DNA of 64,000 bases from Bispira polyomma (Eukaryota), in assembly GCA_965649765.1 (NCBI GenBank), contig OZ287750.1, positions 100,006,001-100,070,000 of the forward strand, read 5' to 3'. The position numbers were made by a program, and so were the translations under genes. The notes beneath the pieces were generated by a model. The model was not told the origin of the DNA and searched no databases. It saw only the letters and a list, made by a program, of their open reading frames with translations. This document shows positions 61,423-64,000 of the stretch, in pieces (the stretch's first letter is position 1; every line of letters begins with the position of its first letter).

Positions 61423-64000
61423 CATAACTTGAGTTTAAGGTAAAGTAGTAGAGGTCCAAAGAAGCTAATCACATGCAACATGGTTTATCGGCGATCAATT
61501 TATGTATTTACATTATCAGTGCCTCGTACTTTATATTTGTAGCTGTGACCTTAACAGATGACCTTGCAAAGTTAGTACTTTAAGCAAGAGAAGCAGTTGG
61601 GCTATATATATTTATTTCTACTTACTACACTATGTACAGATTGTAAAATAGTTAACATTTGTGAAATATATAAGGCCACCCTATGAGTTTAAGTAAAGAT
61701 AATTTAAAAGCAGTTTAAGTTTAAGCAAATAACTTTACGTTAACCTTAACTTACTATACGTAAACTGGTTTTAAGGTAATCTTAACAGTTTAAGTTTTAA
61801 CTTTAAGAATTGATATATGAGGTTACCTTTAATTTGGAAGTTAAGGTGGCCTTAAGATTTGATGAAGTTTGAAGTGTAAATTTTAAAATGTAAATTATTT
61901 AGTGAAAGAAGAGCACCAAAGCCCAACTTAGGATGTAGTGGTTGCAGCGAGTCTGGCCTGGAAAGCCAGGGCTACCTGGTCTGAAGCTGAATGATTTTGT
62001 GTTATATAACTCCATACGCAATCTGAGGACCAGATACCATGGCTTTGAATATCTTGGATTGGGACGTGAGAGTTAAAGGCAAAAGTGGCTCCTGAGCGAC
62101 TAAATGAATGAAAAGTGATATTTGTGTCACTTTTGCCTAATCTACTTAGAATAGTTTCTCCTCAATTTGCTATCTGTTAAGGGCAACCAAGTGCCATTAA
62201 CCTTGATCTGGAAAAGAGGTTTGTTCTTAGAATCTGGGGTAATAGCCAGTAATACTTGTAAGGCTCGAACCGGACAAATAGTTGAATTGTCTAAGACAGG
62301 GATTTTAACCACTTTGATGGTGTCTCTATTCTGTAAAGTTTTTGATTATTTAATTATTATGTGGGCACCAGGTGGGGCGAATAATATGTCAGCCCTCGCT
62401 AGTTGTTGTAGTGGTGTGAAGGCAGCATAACTGTGTGGTACCAGATTTGAAATTCTTCAAAAGGAAAAGAAAGCTGTAAGGTAGGCAGCCTTATTTACCT
62501 TACCCATGTACATGAAATCACATACCAGAGCTATTCTTGTGAGTAATTCTATATCAATAATGGAATTAATTTTTGCTTTAAAGGGTTTTTGGAGCACTAA
62601 TGCTTTTTGGAAATATGTTAACCTTTGATCAGAGAAAGAAGTTGTGTCCTACAGGGAACAATTAGCCTTAATAGCAGCCAGATAATTAGCTATTGATGTG
62701 TGGGTGACTTTATTGGACACTAAGCATTCTAGAAATGCCAGCAATATAGGAGTTGTGATTTGAGTAACAGGTAAATTTGCAAAGCAACAATATGCTAGAA
62801 AAACTCTGAACATCGTGAGATAAGCTTTTTGAGTGGAAGGCTTAAATGCTTGTTGAGCTCTCAGGGCTGCCTTGGCTGCAGCTTTTCCAACCCACCCTTG
62901 GAGACCTGAAATAGAGTTTTCTATATAGACCAGTCAAGGTCCAATATTTCATCAGAGACTGGAACCCATATGGGTTGTGGGATGACTTGTTTAAGTTTAC
63001 TTATATTATTATCAGTAATGTCCCATCTTGACAACAAATCAGCTGTGTAGTTGTCCTTACCAAGAATGTGTACTGTTCTGAGCTCAATGTCAGCCCTAGC
63101 AATTTCCATAAATATATTTCTCGCCATTGCAGCTAAAGTAAGGCCGTAAGTTTTACCAGAGTTTAAAATAGAAACGACTGCTTGATTGTCGCAATGCACT
63201 AATAGTTTTTTACCTGTCCATTGTGATATCCAAACTCGAATTGCGACAAGTATGTTAATCATCTCTAGATGTACTATAGTGTAATTTTTGAAACCAAGGG
63301 GAATTGATTTGGTATATACTTGATTGTTACATCTTGCACCTATACCCTGAAGGCAGGCATCTAACTCAACCTGTTCTGTGACAGGGGCATGGTAAAAAAA
63401 CGCCATGCCATTAAATGTTGGTAAGAAACTCTTAAACCAATTTTAGTCTTGGTGAAATTCCATATTCAGGTTCATTTTTGTGGGATTGTTAGCCGAACGA
63501 AGTGTGTCTAACATTCGGTTTAAGCTTTTTACGCATTTTGATACATATAACAATGATCCCAGCAATGATTGTAGCTGATTCTTAGAACACATTTGCTTAT
63601 TCTCCCAAGATTTACAAATAGCTTGAATTTCTTGCAATTTTTTGTCAGGAATAGATACAGTGTAGTCTTCTGTATTTATTAATACACCTAAACAAATGAC
63701 TTTTGTACTGGGTTCTACTATTTTCTTTTGGCTTAAAATGAAACCAAATTTTTTGAAGATGTCCTTTAAGGCAGTAAATGAGGCATCAATTTTGTTACTA
63801 GGGCCAAAGCCTATGACGTCATCGATATAATTTATGACGTCATAACCACGTGACGTCATGACATATCTAATTGCGTCACTGAGTCTTTGAAAAATGGCAC
63901 TGATGTGGCGATAGCCAAATGGGAGGCACGTGTCTATATATACATCTTCCAGTTTAAGTCCTAAGAGTTCATAATCAGCTGGGTCAAATTTTACGTGCCG
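61423..64000 (-). mobile_element. Degenerate Ngaro-like YR retrotransposon (RT/RNase H 64000-62921, YR 62905-61928), continuing beyond the window
   Basis: LPFGYRH, NYIDD, LDACL, CDNQA, ADLLSRW; YR with RISNLVP, FHSFSRSGAT, HGIW. Confidence 0.92.

Overview
AT-rich eukaryotic (metazoan invertebrate-like) genomic DNA made up mostly of nested transposable elements. It holds one apparently intact host gene, a 3-exon Sulfotransfer_2/CHST-type carbohydrate sulfotransferase (minus, 10626-8128, 333 aa), and one SLC35G/EamA-like transporter pseudogene. There are about six tyrosine-recombinase (YR) retrotransposon copies of the DIRS order, Ngaro-like (no methyltransferase seen). One is intact (about 12641-18166, minus) and nested in an older relative. 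Other elements: a decayed Gypsy element, three APE-type LINEs, a PIF/Harbinger element plus several MITEs, an Academ-like remnant and two SINE families. Main observations: (1) two diverged L1/Tx1-like LINEs both carry an IMPACT/Yih1 (UPF0029) domain at the end of ORF1, largely missed by the ORF track because of stops and frameshifts; (2) the YR retrotransposons share an apparent expression programme, namely a phase-1 splice donor in gag, a phase-1 acceptor in front of an ATG-less YR ORF (predicted Gag-zinc-finger/YR fusion), a -1 frameshift cassette with a covarying hairpin, and a 3' array of the 13-bp palindrome TAAGGTNACCTTA; (3) the Gypsy remnant has a downstream C2H2/TatD-like accessory ORF. 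All calls come from manual reading and translation. No database searches were run, and element boundaries without TSD/TIR support are approximate.
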